From: Octopus vulgaris
Lineage: Eukaryota
DNA: 64,000 nt
NCBI GenBank assembly: GCA_951406725.2
Contig: OX597826.1
Span: 1,240,001-1,304,000, forward strand
Reading direction: 5' to 3'
Shown here one piece after another: positions 37,996-51,950 of this stretch. The notes below the pieces were generated by a model that worked only from the letters and a program-made list of their open reading frames with translations, was not told the origin of the DNA and did no database searches. Position numbers and translations under genes: made by a program. How positions within the stretch are numbered: the first letter of the stretch is position 1; every line of letters starts with the position of its first letter.

Positions 37996-40100
37996 ATTAA
38001 AAGAAAAGTTTTTTTAAGGGAAAATTTGTATAGTGTTCAAATATAAGTGGCATGTTCCTTGTTTCTGCCTTTCTCTGTCTCTCTTGTTTGCACTTGTGGG
38101 TTCCAGGTCGTTGTAAATTCTTGGTAGGGTAGAAGAAGAAGGTTGATGAGGAGAGGGGGTGGAAAAATTTGGGAGTGCCTTGATGGTCGTATTTTGAATG
38201 GTCAGTGACAGTTAGCAGTTAGCAGTCAGTGACAGTTAGCTAGCAGTTGCAGTTCAATTCAGGAGAATATTTCTATTGAAAGGTTTGTTTATGGAATTTG
38301 CTTAGGTGTTATACTATAAAGCATTAGTGATAAAGTTAAGAGGTAGAAGGTGGAGCAGAAGAAGAAGAAGAAGATGACGATGATGATGATGATGAAGAAG
38401 AAGTAGAAGTAGAAGAAGATGATGATGGTGATGATAATGATGACGACGATGATGATAATGATGATGATGAGGAAGAAGAAGAAGAAAGAGAAGGGAGAAT
38501 ATGAATGAGTGGAAGTAGTGAGGTGTTGTATGACTTGAAGTTGGCACGTTATGGGTTATAGCTGTGATTGGGGCTGATTTGTAATGGATTCTTTGGAATG
38601 TAATATTTGCGTGTGTATTTGTGTTATTCTAAAGCTGAGGTGTATAAATCGTTTGTCGTAGACCCGTTAAGAAGTGGCCTGTATTTTGTAATAAAGAGAG
38701 TTTCTTTACTTATTCGTTGTCTCGAGGTTGTATCGTCCCTAAATTGGTAGAGGGGGAAAATCGTGAAGCCTGGTGTTTTGTTGTTGGCGCAAGTATCTAT
38801 ATGTTGGCTGAAAGCTATTTTTCTGTTTTGGGGAATTTTTATCTGGGATCTGTGCAGGGCCATTCTTTTACGCAAACTATTTTTTGTTTGACCTATGTAC
38901 TGCTCTTGACACCCAGAGCAGGTTAGTGTGTATATCAGGTTCTCCGAAGCACATGTGAAGTTGCTTTTCACTGTAAACCGTTGTCCCTGTTTGAAGGAGA
39001 ACTCTGATCCCTCAATTAGATAATCGCATATCCCGCAATTGGGTCTTCGACATTTTTTTTACTGTCGGCTTCTGTGTTGAAGAGTGAATTCGGGCTTGTG
39101 TTAGGAGACTTTTCATGGATCTAGGCTGTCTTTTGCTTTTTATGATCGTGTGTGTTTGGAGGATTGTGTTTATTCTGTGGTCTTTTTTTAGGAGGGGTAT
39201 GTTGTGGAGGATGGTGCCGAAGGCTTCATTATTGAGAGGGTTGTGTGTGATGTATGGTAAGGCTTTTGGTCGTAAGTTTTTCTTTGATTTGTGATGTCTC
39301 AGTTCCTGGATGTTAAGTTGAAGGGCACGTTGAATGCACATGTCAATAAGTGAAGGTGGGTAGTTCCTGGTGATGAGGGTATCTTTTAGTTCTTGTAGTC
39401 GTGTGTCTCTGGTGTTTGCATTAGAAACTATAGTGCATATCCTTTTTGCTAGATTGAAGGGGATATTCATTCTGGTGTGTCTGGGGTGGCATGAATTGAA
39501 TGGAAGATATTGCTTAGAATCTGTAGGCTTATAATATATGTCTGTTTCTATTACATTGTTAGCTTTCTTAATGAGGATATCGAGGAAGGGGAGTTGTTGC
39601 TGGCTATATTCCATCGTGAATTGGATGTTTACGTCCAGTCCGTTTAAAATTTCCTGGAATTCTATGAGTTTTTGTCGGTAGAAGTTGTCTTTGAAGGCGA
39701 AGAAGTTATTTCCAGGATGAATTTAACCCCTTCTATCACGAATTCTTTTTTGATGCGATGTGGTAGTTCGTTGGCGTGATTCTCTAGCCAGAATTGGATT
39801 GCCTCTATTCCTAGGTTGTGGGGGATATTGGAGTAGAAGTTGACTACATCGAAGGATACCAGTAGGGTGTTTTTGTTTATAGTATTCGGTAGGTGATTGA
39901 GCATATCCAAATCGTCCCTTATATAGCTTTTGACATGTTTGAGGAGTGGTTTTAACAGGGTGTCTAAAAAGTTACTGAGGCGGTGGGTTTTGCATGCGGG
40001 ACCTGCTATTATGGGTCTCAATTTGAGGTCATTAGGATTAGGGACTTTAATTATTTTGTCTGTAGCTATCTTGCATGCGTTACTTATTTTCTCACTTTTG
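37996..40100 (-). mobile_element. Penelope-like retroelement (RT + Cys linker + GIY-YIG endonuclease), defective
   Basis: RPIIAGP, LVSFDVVNFYSNIP, LPFLDI..IYYKPT, a C-x4-C-x2-C linker across a frameshift, and NLIYTLTC..C..QYIGQT..LRKR..H. Confidence 0.93.
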
Positions 40101-40107
40101 TGTATCT

Positions 40108-40705
40108 TAGGTCATAGTGTTGTAGGAGCTGAGTTAAGCAGCTTCTTCTTGGTCGGAAACCATGTTGGGTGTCAGGCAGCAAGTCATTTTCTTCAAGGAA
40201 GGTGATCAGTTTCCTTCTGACTATTCGTTCCATGACCTTGCTGATGTGTGAGGTCAGAGAGATAGGTCTGTAGTTCTTGGCCTCCGCTCTGCTACCTCCT
40301 TTATGAATAGGGCATATTTTACCTTCCTTCAGTTTTCTTGGAAGTTTGCCAGTTGCAAGGAAGCTTTGAAAGAGGAACTGCAGTGGTCTTCCTAGGACTC
40401 TCTTACATACTTTTAGGAGGATTGCCGGGAATCCATCGGGGCCAGTAGCTGAGTTTGTTTTCATTTCATCTATAGCCTTTATTACATCGTCTTCCTTTAT
40501 ATTGATGTAATCAATCATCGCTGCCTCCGATTTTATATCTGCAGTGGTAAAGAAGTCAGTTGGATTGGTGATTTGGAAATGCCCAAGGGGTGGAGTGAAA
40601 ACACTTTTGAATTGCTCATTCAGTAACCCTAACACTTACCCTCATTGGATTTCCTGTGAGTGTGTCATCCTTTTCAAGGAGTGGCCTTATCCTACAGTGC
40701 ACCGT
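40108..40705 (-). mobile_element. Internal fragment of CR1-group LINE ORF2
   Basis: SATGPDGFP..NYRPISLTS..QHGFRPRRSC; near-identical to the copies at 44270-44860 and 59800-60390. Confidence 0.92.
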
Positions 40706-40734
40706 ATATATACATATATATATACATATACATA

Positions 40735-41170
40735 CTTTTCCTTCTTGGGACACAAAACTCCACTTGTGAAGACCCGTTGAGGCAAGTGAAAATCAAAATC
40801 AAAATCAAATCAAATCAGATATCAGAAAGCAGAACCAAAATCGAAGTCGATCAACATCATTGGAAATTACAGCTGTGGTACCAGTTCCGGTGACAAGTAA
40901 GCGAACCATCCGATTGTCGCCGTTGCTAGCGACCCCCCGACTGGCCTCCGTGCCGGTGGCACGTATAAAGCACCATCCGTCCGTGGCCGTGGCCAGCCCC
41001 GTCTGTGTGGGTGGCACATAAAAAGCACCCACTACACTCACGGAGTGGCTGGCGTTAGGAAGGGCATCCAGCCGTAGAAACACTGCCAGATCAGACTGGG
41101 CCTGGTGCAGACCCCGGTTGAACCGTCCAACCCATGCTAGCATGGAAAGCGGATGCTAAACGATGATGAT
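40735..41170 (+). mobile_element. RTE 3' UTR fragment
   Basis: Same 3' UTR as 36607-37150; (gat)n tail. Confidence 0.85.
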
Positions 41171-41292
41171 ACATATACACATATATACATATACACATAT
41201 ATACTCATATACATATATATACATATACATATATAAACATACATATACACACATATATACATATACATATATATACATATATATACATATAT

Positions 41293-41329
<37 letters not shown>

Positions 41330-41418
41330 CATATACATATACATATATATACATATACATATACATATACACATATACATATATATATACATATACACAT
41401 ATACATACATATATATAC

Positions 41419-41449
<31 letters not shown>

Positions 41450-41466
41450 CATATATATATACACAC

Positions 41467-41533
<67 letters not shown>

Positions 41534-41566
41534 CACATATACATATAGATATACATATATATATAT

Positions 41567-41965
41567 CTCTATATCTAAAACTGAAATGCGTTTCTACCGC
41601 TTGGATCGCTTTCAATGCCACTACGTCCCGTCCGATTCACTCCAAAATTTACATGGACATGTAGAAGGAGGTGACGATGCTCGTGGGCTACCTTAGAAAT
41701 CCCTATCTTCATAGGTGTGGTTGCTAGGGGCCATCTTCCTCACTCACGCTATTTCCTCCTTTCCCTCTCTTACTCCCCTTTATTTATAACTTTGAGAAGT
41801 CCACTACCGTTATTTAAAGTATCTGTCACTCTTGCTATTTCCTCTCTTTTTCACTGACTCTGTTTCCTACCTTCACATCACATCGCCGGCATTCTTTTAA
41901 GTATCTGTCTGTCACCAACAACACACGAGCATGAGAACAAATATTATGAATCAGATATTCTTGCG
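41567..41965 (+). mobile_element. Possible Helitron-like 5' fragment
   Basis: Begins TCTATATCTAAAACTGAAATG, resembling non-autonomous Helitron 5' ends. Confidence 0.35.
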
Positions 41966-41971
41966 TTCATT

Positions 41972-42009
<38 letters not shown>

Positions 42010-42451
42010 CTATATATAAATATGTATATATAATGTATGTGTGTGTGTTCTATATATAAATATGTATATATAATGTATGTGTGTGTGTGTGTGTGTTCTA
42101 TATATAAATATGTATATATAATGTATGTGTGTGTGTGTGTGTGTGTGTGTTCTATATATAAATATGTATATATAATGTATATATACAAAGTGTATATATC
42201 TGTATTTATGTATATTAAACTTTTTCATACTTTTTCATAGTTATATATATTTTTAAACAAATTATAAATATAATTTAATAATTTTTATTTTCAATTTAAA
42301 TAATTTAAATTTTTCAATTTTATATTTTATATATTTTATATATTATATTTTTTTTTTGTGTTTGTTTTTGGTTTTTCACTGTTTGATTTGCCTATTAGTG
42401 GTTTTATCTCTAATTTAATTTATACAGATATATATCTCATTTGTATACATT

Positions 42452-45400
42452 TGATGAAAGAAGTCACCCCCACCTGGTGATGAAAGAAGTCACCCCCACC
42501 TGGTGGACACCCGGGAAGAGGTTTTGAGTGAGAAACCTGCCCGGGAAGTGAACCCAAGTGCAAGTGCTCCTACCGGCAGCAAGGGCCATGGAGATGGAGA
42601 ACCCAGGGAAGAAGTAGAGGGAGGAAGAACTAAAGGAAGGACTAAAAGAACTGAAAGAAAAGCTCAAGCAGGACCAAAGGGTGAAACAGCCAGGAATAGA
42701 AGTGGAACCACAAAGGATGGAAACAAACAGCGCACACGGGTGTGTAGGTTCTACCTGAGAGGTACCTGCTGGCATGGAGAGGAAGGTGCAGGCTGCCGCT
42801 TTGCACATCGGGGACCCTGCAGCAGAGACACGAAACAGATAAGAAACAAACCATCAACACAAGGAAAAGGGAAGGTCCACGCACCACCTGCCCCAAAGCG
42901 GAGGTACGCAGATGTGGTGCGTGCCACAAACCGCCAACATGATGTTGTTGAAAGGGCAGCTGCTGAGCAAGAATCTTTTTTGTGCATGGCACAAAAGATT
43001 GTACAGCAGCTAACCTGGCTTCATCAAACCCAAGCTCGCAGATGGGACTACCCTCAATATACAAGACCACCACAGCAAACAGACCCAAGGTGGACACTGC
43101 CGGCAACAACATACACCTCACCTCGATGCTCCTACTGAACATCAGAGGACTGCAAACACTCAGTAACAGGACAAAAATCCCGTTCTTGAGAGACTTTGTT
43201 GCATGCAATCAAGCCTTATGCATAGCACTTACGGAAACGCACCTGAAACCGGACATAGCAGATGCGGAATTACACATACCACAGTATGTTGTACTACGGA
43301 CCGACAGAAAAGAAAGGAGTCATGGAGGAGTTGCTATGTACATCCGTGAGGACCTCACACCCCAGGTCCTTTTGTCATATTCAAACTCGGTGTGTGACAC
43401 ACTAATTGTACATATAAGGCAACTTGATGTAGTTGTGTGTGCTATATATCGCCCTCCAGATGCCCCAAGCCATGTAGGCAAGTTTGAAGACTGCCTTATA
43501 AAAATAGAAGTTCTGATTACATTAGAACAACACATAAGTGTACTTCTTATGGGAGACTTCAATCTACCCAATGTCAGATGGCCCGAGGGCCTTTCTCTCC
43601 CAGGAATGACAAGATGTGAACGAGGACAGGCGAGGTCCCTCCTGAACCTCATCAACACCCTGTACATGGAGCAAGTAATACTCCAACCAACCAGGGCAGG
43701 TAACACACTGGATCTCTGCTTCACAAATAATATGGATCTCATCCATAATATGAAAGTGACACCGACACTACTCTCGGATCACAACATGGTAGAGCTGACC
43801 ATGTACGGGCCAAAGGAAAGCACGGACATGCAGCCTACAAGAAACCCTCAGAATCTTTCCAGCTTGAACTTCCATAAGGCAAACTGGAAACAAATTGAGA
43901 AAGAGATCCTCAAACAAAACTGGCCTGAATGTCTCTCCTCGCCAGACATCAACGTGAAACTTCAACAATTCATGTCTGTAATGCAAGCCATATGCTACAA
44001 ATGTGTCCCAGAGAGAAAGGCCACTGTACACAAGAACAAAATCCCCAGAGAGAGGAAAATTTTAATGAGACGGCGTACAAAAATTTCAAATCGCCTAAAC
44101 AAACAAATTGAAAGCAGTGAAAAGTCCCGCCTGAAAATAAAACTGTTGGAAATTGAAAAATGTCTGCAACTCTCCCATGAAAAGGAAAGAGCAGACAAAG
44201 AAGCCTGGGCTATAGACAACATAAAATCTAACCCCAGAGCTTTCTACAGGTATGCCAAAGAAACAGCTACGGTGCACTGTAGGATAGGGCCACTCCTTGA
44301 AAAGGATGGCACACTCACAGGAAAACCAATGAGGGTAAGTGAAATACTGAATGAGCAATTCAAGAGTGTTTTCACTCCACCCCTTGGGCATTTCCAAATC
44401 ACCAATCCAACTGACTTCTTTACCACTGCAGATATAAAATCGGAGGCGGTGACGATAAATTACATCGATATAAAGGAAGACGATGTAATAAAGGCTATAG
44501 ATGAAATGAAAACAGACTCAGCTATTGGCCCCGATGGATTCCCGGCAATCCTCCTAAAAGTATGTAAGAGAGTCCTAGCAAGACCACTGCAGTTCCTCTT
44601 TCAGAGCTTTCTTGCAGCTGGCAAACTTCCAAGAAAACTGAAGGAAGGTAAAATATGCCCTATTCATAAAGGAGGTAGCAGAGCGGAGGCCAAGAACTAC
44701 GGACCTATCTCTCTGACCTCACACATCAGCAAGGTTATGGAATGAATAGTCAGAAGGAAACTGATCACCTTCCTTGAAGAAAATGACTTGCTGCCTGACA
44801 CCCAACATGATTTCCGACCAGGGAGAAGCTGTTTAACTCAGCTCCTACAACACTATGACTGGGTGCTGAAACGACTGCTCAACCACTCAAATGTGGAAGT
44901 GATATATCTCGACTTTGCAAAGGCCTTTGATAAAGTCGATCATGGAATGATATGTCACAAACTGCGTGATCTCAACATAGTTGGAAAGCTGGGAGAATGG
45001 CTTCATGACTTTCTGAAAGATAGAAGTCAGGTGGTAGTAGCCAATTTGTGGTAGGACCACTTCCATTAACACGCAAATAGTGAGCGGTGTTCCGCAGGGC
45101 ACTGTTCTGGGACCACTACTGTTCATAATGGCCCTCTCAGACATGCCCTCAGCCATGCAAAGAGCCACGATCACAAGTTATGCAGATGATACAAAAGTTT
45201 CACAGGCAATACAGAACCCTGAGGACACTAAACACCTGCAATGTGAGCTGGACAAAATATACAAGTGGGCTGAAAAGAATAGCATGCAGTTCAATGCTGA
45301 AAAGTTTCAAGCTTTATACTATCAGCATGCAAAACTAAATGCAATACCCAATGAATACACTGGACCCGGAGGAATTGCAATCCCAGAGGCACAATCAGTG

Positions 45401-46183
45401 CGTGACCTGGGTATTTACATGAGTGATGACGCAACCTTTCGTGTACATGTTGCTAAACTGGCAATGAAATGTAGACGACTGGCCGGATGGATTCTCAGAA
45501 CCTTTAGAACAAGAGAACAAGAAACCATGATGGTCCTCTGGAGGACACTTGTCCTAAGCCACTTTGACTATTGCTCTCAGCTATGGTCACCATCCAGTGT
45601 CAAGTTGATCACAGAACTTGAGGCGATCCAACGTAGCTACACGAAGAAGATAGCCTCTATGCAGAATATAAGCTACTGGGAAAGACTCAAGAGATTAAAA
45701 CTCTATTCCTTGGAGCGTAGGCGAGAAAGATATGCCATAATATACATCTGGAAGATCCTGGAGGGACTTGTCCCAAACTTTGGCATCGAGAGTTACACAA
45801 ATGCCAGAACTGGGCGCCACTGCGTGGTGCCTAGGACTCCAAATTTGCCATCAAGATGTAGGACAAGATACTGTGATAGCCTGGGCTTCCGAGGCCCACA
45901 GCTCTTCAATATCCTCCCGAAGAACCTAAGAGACCTGCATGGGGTGGATGCAGATGTCTTTAAAATGAAACTGGATCTCTTCCTGTCAGGTATCCCAGAT
46001 GAACCAACTTCACGGCAGGAGGTGCAGATGAGGGCAGCTGCATCGAACTCTCTCATGCACCAAATGGCAGTTGCTAAAAAGCATTCGTGAAGTAAAACCA
46101 TGTAGCAACACCAAATGGCGGTGCCCCAGCATGGCCACAGCTCATAAGCTGAAACTAAAAATCAATCAATCAATCAATCAATC
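42452..46183 (+). mobile_element. Near full-length CR1-group LINE (ORF1 CCCH finger; ORF2 APE + RT)
   Basis: ORF1 42503-43138 with CRFYLRGTC..GCRFAH. ORF2 from 43126 (LNIRGL, LTETHL, MGDFN, SDHN, DFAKAFDKV, GVPQGTVLGP, YADD) with a stop at 44743 and a frameshift near 45050. (TCAA)n tail. Confidence 0.95.
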
Positions 46184-46870
<687 letters not shown>

Positions 46871-49460
46871 CATCATCATCATCATCGTTTAACGTCCGCT
46901 TTCCGCGCTAGCACGGGTTGGACGGTTTGACCGGGTCTGGGAAGCCAGGGGCCGCTCCAGGCTCCAGTCTGAATCTGGCAGAGTTTCTACGGCTGGATGC
47001 CCTTCCTAACGCCAACCACTCCGTGAGTGGATTGGGTGCTTTTTACGTGCCACCTGCACAGGGGCCGGAGGGTCCGGCATCGTCACGATCGGTTCGAGCA
47101 TTTTAACGTGTCAGCGGCACGGGGGCAACGAGGTCCGGGGTACTTTGGGGATCGGGGTATTTTGGGGATCCAGGGTACTTTGGGGATCCGGGGTACTTTG
47201 GGGATCCGGGGTACTTAGAATGGGTAGGGGGTATGTGGAATTGCTGCAGAAAGCAGCCCGGGTCTTTGTAGTCACAGCATATCTCCAGAGATCTCGGTCC
47301 TTCGCCATTGCCTCAGTGAGGCCCAATGCTCTGAGGTCATGCTTGACCACCTCATCCCATGTCTTCCTGGGTCTACCTCTCCCCCTGATACCTTCAACTG
47401 TTTGGGAGTGGCACTTCTTCACACATCTCTCTTCATCCATCCGCAGCACATGACCATACCATCGCAAGCGTCGCTCTTGCACACCACATCTGATGCTTCT
47501 TATATCCAGCATTTCTCTCAGGATACTTACACTCTGTTTTGCGTGCACACTGACACTACACATCCAGCGGATCATGCTAGCTTCATTTCTTTCAAGTCTA
47601 CGCATGTCTTCTGCAGTCACAGCCCATGTTTCATTACCGTGAAGCATGGCAGTTCGCACACATGCATCATACAATCTACCTTTTGCTCTGAGGGAGAGGC
47701 CTTTTGTTGCCAGTAGGGGTAGGAGCTTTCTGAACTTTGCCCAGGCTATTCGTATTCTAGTGGTGATACTCTCTGTGCATCCACCTCCGCTACTAACTTG
47801 GTCTCCCAGGTAGCGGAAACTATCAACTACTTCTAGTTTCTCTCCCTGGAGTGTGATGGAATCTGTTTTCTGAGTGTCTGTTGTGTCTATTGTCCCTGTG
47901 CATCTGCCGCACATGAAAGCTATCTTATCTGTTAATTTCCCTTTAATGTTGCTGCACCTCTTATGTGTCCATAACTTACATTGGGTGCATCTTATGGAGT
48001 TTCTACCTGTACCTTTCCTACAGGTTGAGCAGGGCCACCTACCCGAGGGGATGTGTGTTGAGTACCTCTTGCTGCTTACTAATACTTTGGTCTTTGCTAC
48101 ATTTATTCTAAGGCCCTTTGATTCCAACCCTTGCTTTCATACCCGAAATTTCTCTTCTAGTTCCGGTAGTGATTCTGCTATGAGAGCTAGGTCATCGGCA
48201 TAGAGGAGCTCCCAGGGGCATCCCGTTTTGAATTCCTCTGTTATTGCCTGAAGGACTATGATGAACAAAAGGGGACTGAGGGCTGAGCCCTGGTGCACAC
48301 CTACTTCTACTCGGAATTCTTCACTATATTCGTTGCCAATCCTAACCTTGCTAACAGCCTCTCTGTATAGAGCCTGTACAGCCCTTATTAGCCATTCTTC
48401 AATCTCCAGTTTCCGCATCGACCACCAGATAAGGGAACGGGGAACCCTGTCAAAGGCTTTCTCCAAGTCTACAAAAGCTATGTAGAGGGGTTTATCTTTA
48501 GCTAGGTACTTCTCCTGCAGTTGTCGGACCAGGAATATAGCATCAGTGGTGCTTCTACCTGGTACAAAACCGAACTGCATTTCATCTAAACAAATTCTCT
48601 CCCTAATGAGATTGGTTATGACCTTCTCTGAGACCTTCATCACCTGGTCCAACAGTTTGATACCTCTGTAGTTATTTCTATCTAGAGCATCACCCTTACC
48701 CTTGTAGCAGTTGACTATGGTACTGCTGCACCAGTCATTGGGTATGGCTCCATTGTGAACTACCTGGTTTACAATGCGGGTGACTATGGCATGGCCCACA
48801 TAGCCAGCTGTTTTAAGCATCTCAGCAGTGATTCCTGATAGGCCAGGGGCTTTGCCTGGTTTCATATCCTTAATTGCCTTATCTACAAGGGAGCTGTCTA
48901 TTCGGGTAGCTGGTCCCTCTACTGGGTCAACATTTGGCAGGCTCTCCTCCTCCCATTCATTCTCCTCATTTAGCAGTCTTTCATAATGGCTTCTCCAAGC
49001 CTCTTTCTTTTCACTAGTAGTAAAAGCAAGTGCCCCATCATCCATGCGGACACATTTCTCTCCTATAACATCACTATTTTCTCTGACACACTGTCTGGCA
49101 ATCCGAAATACTTCAGCTCTTTGATCCTCGCGACGCTGGACATTGGCAAACTTCTTCTTTTCTGCTACATCTTTGGCAATGTATACCTGCCGCCCAGCCT
49201 CCCTTTTGGCTATCTGGTACAGTTCCCTGCTGCCCCCATCCTTCCAGGCTTTCCAGGCCCGTCTCTTTTCACAGATGGCTTTATCTACTGCACTATTCCA
49301 CCACCACGTAATTCTAGGTCTGGAAGGGACTTTGCACCATCCACAAACTTGGTCTGTGGCACTCAACAAGCTGTCCCGTAGGAATTCCCAGCTACCTTCT
49401 ATGTCTGACGTCTGAAGCTCCTCTTCCCTCTCATCAAATTTCTTGATGAGTATGTCCCTA
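46871..49460 (-). mobile_element. RTE-clade LINE, cut at its 5' side by the assembly gap
   Basis: ORF with GKAPG, NYRGIKLL, DLEKAFD, GVHQGS and YADD; one stop near 48137; PHD-like insert; (GAT)n tail. Confidence 0.95.
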
Positions 49461-49560
49461 NNNNNNNNNNNNNNNNNNNNNNNNNNNNNNNNNNNNNNNN
49501 NNNNNNNNNNNNNNNNNNNNNNNNNNNNNNNNNNNNNNNNNNNNNNNNNNNNNNNNNNNN
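49461..49560. other. Assembly gap (100 N)
   Basis: Run of n. Confidence 1.
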
Positions 49561-49829
49561 CTAAATATATAACACACGCGCACGATAGCGAAAGATAAGA
49601 AAACAGTTTTAAAGGTATATCTCGCAAGATCAATTTCTCCAATACACGCGATACATTTATATATATATATATATATACATACACATATATATCAACAGAA
49701 TAATTAATCAATTAGATCGATATATTACTTTTATATTGGTATTATCAAGAGCGAAGCACACGTGTGTGTGTGTCCCCCAAAACCTGTACGAAAGCACTTA
49801 CATACACAGATATCTAAATTAATTAATTA

Positions 49830-50207
49830 GAAAAACCAATAGCACAAAAACACAAATAAACACACGACATATATACAACAATACAATAAGCAAAGCAATA
49901 GCAAACAATACACTCGACGCACAAATAGAGTAAATAAACAGATAAACCGCTCTGAATCAAAACGTACTGAAATCGAAAATAAACACGCGTGCGTTTTCAT
50001 ACGAGGAAAAATGTTATACCAAAAAACCAATAGCACAAAAACACAAATAAACACACGACATATATACAGCAATACAATAAGCAAAGCAATTGTAAACAAT
50101 ACACTCAACGCACAAATAGAGTAAATAAACAGATAAACCGCTCTGAATCAAAACGTACTGAAATCGAAAATAAACACGCGTGCGTTTTCATACGAGGAAA
50201 AATGTTA
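49830..50207. repeat. Tandem duplication, 2 x ~190 bp
   Basis: aaaaaccaatagcacaaaaacac...gaggaaaaatgttat occurs twice. Confidence 0.9.
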
Positions 50208-50969
50208 TCAATTTTCATGAAAAGATGTCAAATATATCAAAAAAGTTGTCTTAATATGTTACGTTAATAAAAATATACTTATCGTAAAGTTTCACTAGCA
50301 GAACGCAGAGGATTCGTTTGGATTTTGGATTCTTTGAAGAGAGAGAAGGAAAACACCGCCGTTTCCCAAGAAAACCGGAAATATATATACATTTACTATA
50401 CAAGGGGCTAAACACAGAGGGGACAAACAAAGACAGACAAACGGATTAAGTCTATTATATACAGTATATATCTTAATTTATCGACTATATATATGAAAGA
50501 CAAAGTATATATATATATATATAACCCAGAACGTAGCGGCAGACGAAATATCTATTTCTTTACTACCCACAAGGGGCTAAACACAGATACAAACAAGGAA
50601 GGACAAACGGATTAAGTCTATTATATCGACACCAGTGTATATATATATATATATATACATATACAAAATATATACGAAATGAAATATAACAAAAATATAA
50701 CGTTTATACATATATATATTATATATATATATATACATATATATAGTATACATTATACAAAATTATATAAAATATATATATATAAAAAAATATACAGAAA
50801 TATATATATATATAAAATCATATATACAGTATTGAAATAAATAGAAAACATATATATACAGTAAATAATATACGAAGAAAATACATTTATAAACAGTAAA
50901 ATAATATCAAAACAGAAAGTACGTATATCTATATATCAATATATCTATATATATATATCTATCTATCTA

Positions 50970-51036
<67 letters not shown>

Positions 51037-51171
51037 ATCTATCTATCTATATCTATCTATCTATCTATCTATATATCTGTATATGTCTTATCTATATATC
51101 TATTATATATATCTTATATATCATATACACATATATATATTATATATATATATATTATATATATACATATA

Positions 51172-51329
<158 letters not shown>

Positions 51330-51349
51330 TACAAATACATATGTGTGTG

Positions 51350-51389
<40 letters not shown>

Positions 51390-51773
51390 ATTAAAAATAA
51401 AAAAAAAAAATAATAAAATTTTAAAAAAAAAACAACTTATTAATAAACATAATCAGAACGGAATATAAATATATATATACATAAGAAATAAAAAAGAAAA
51501 AAAAAAAAAAAATAAAAAAAAAAAATATATAATATCAAAATATTGATAGCATAAAAATAAACATAATATATCAGAAATATATACATAATATAAACAATAT
51601 AAAAATATAAATACATATATATATAACTAATATAATATTATATATACAAATATACATGTTATACATATATATCATATATTTAACATATATACATATATAT
51701 ATATAGCAGTTATATTCTTATATATACTTATATACATTATATATATATATTATATATATATATATATATACAA

Positions 51774-51804
<31 letters not shown>

Positions 51805-51850
51805 AACATATATACAAGCGGACACCATATCAAGTATATATATATACATA

Positions 51851-51890
<40 letters not shown>

Positions 51891-51919
51891 TATACATATA
51901 TATATACATATATACTTAT

Positions 51920-51950
<31 letters not shown>

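Noticed and set aside
42970-43138. Possible programmed -1 frameshift (U UUU UUG) between LINE ORF1 and ORF2
   Set aside because: ORF2 has its own ATG at 43126 at the start of the APE domain, and the T-run length differs in the second copy, so there is no support.
47135-47215. STPDPQ repeats extending an RTE ORF
   Set aside because: A local 20-bp tandem repeat in the 3' region of one copy, not shared by the other RTE copies.
48137-49711. 524-aa ORF spanning the gap
   Set aside because: It is artificially joined across 100 N; only the part up to 49460 is RTE ORF2.
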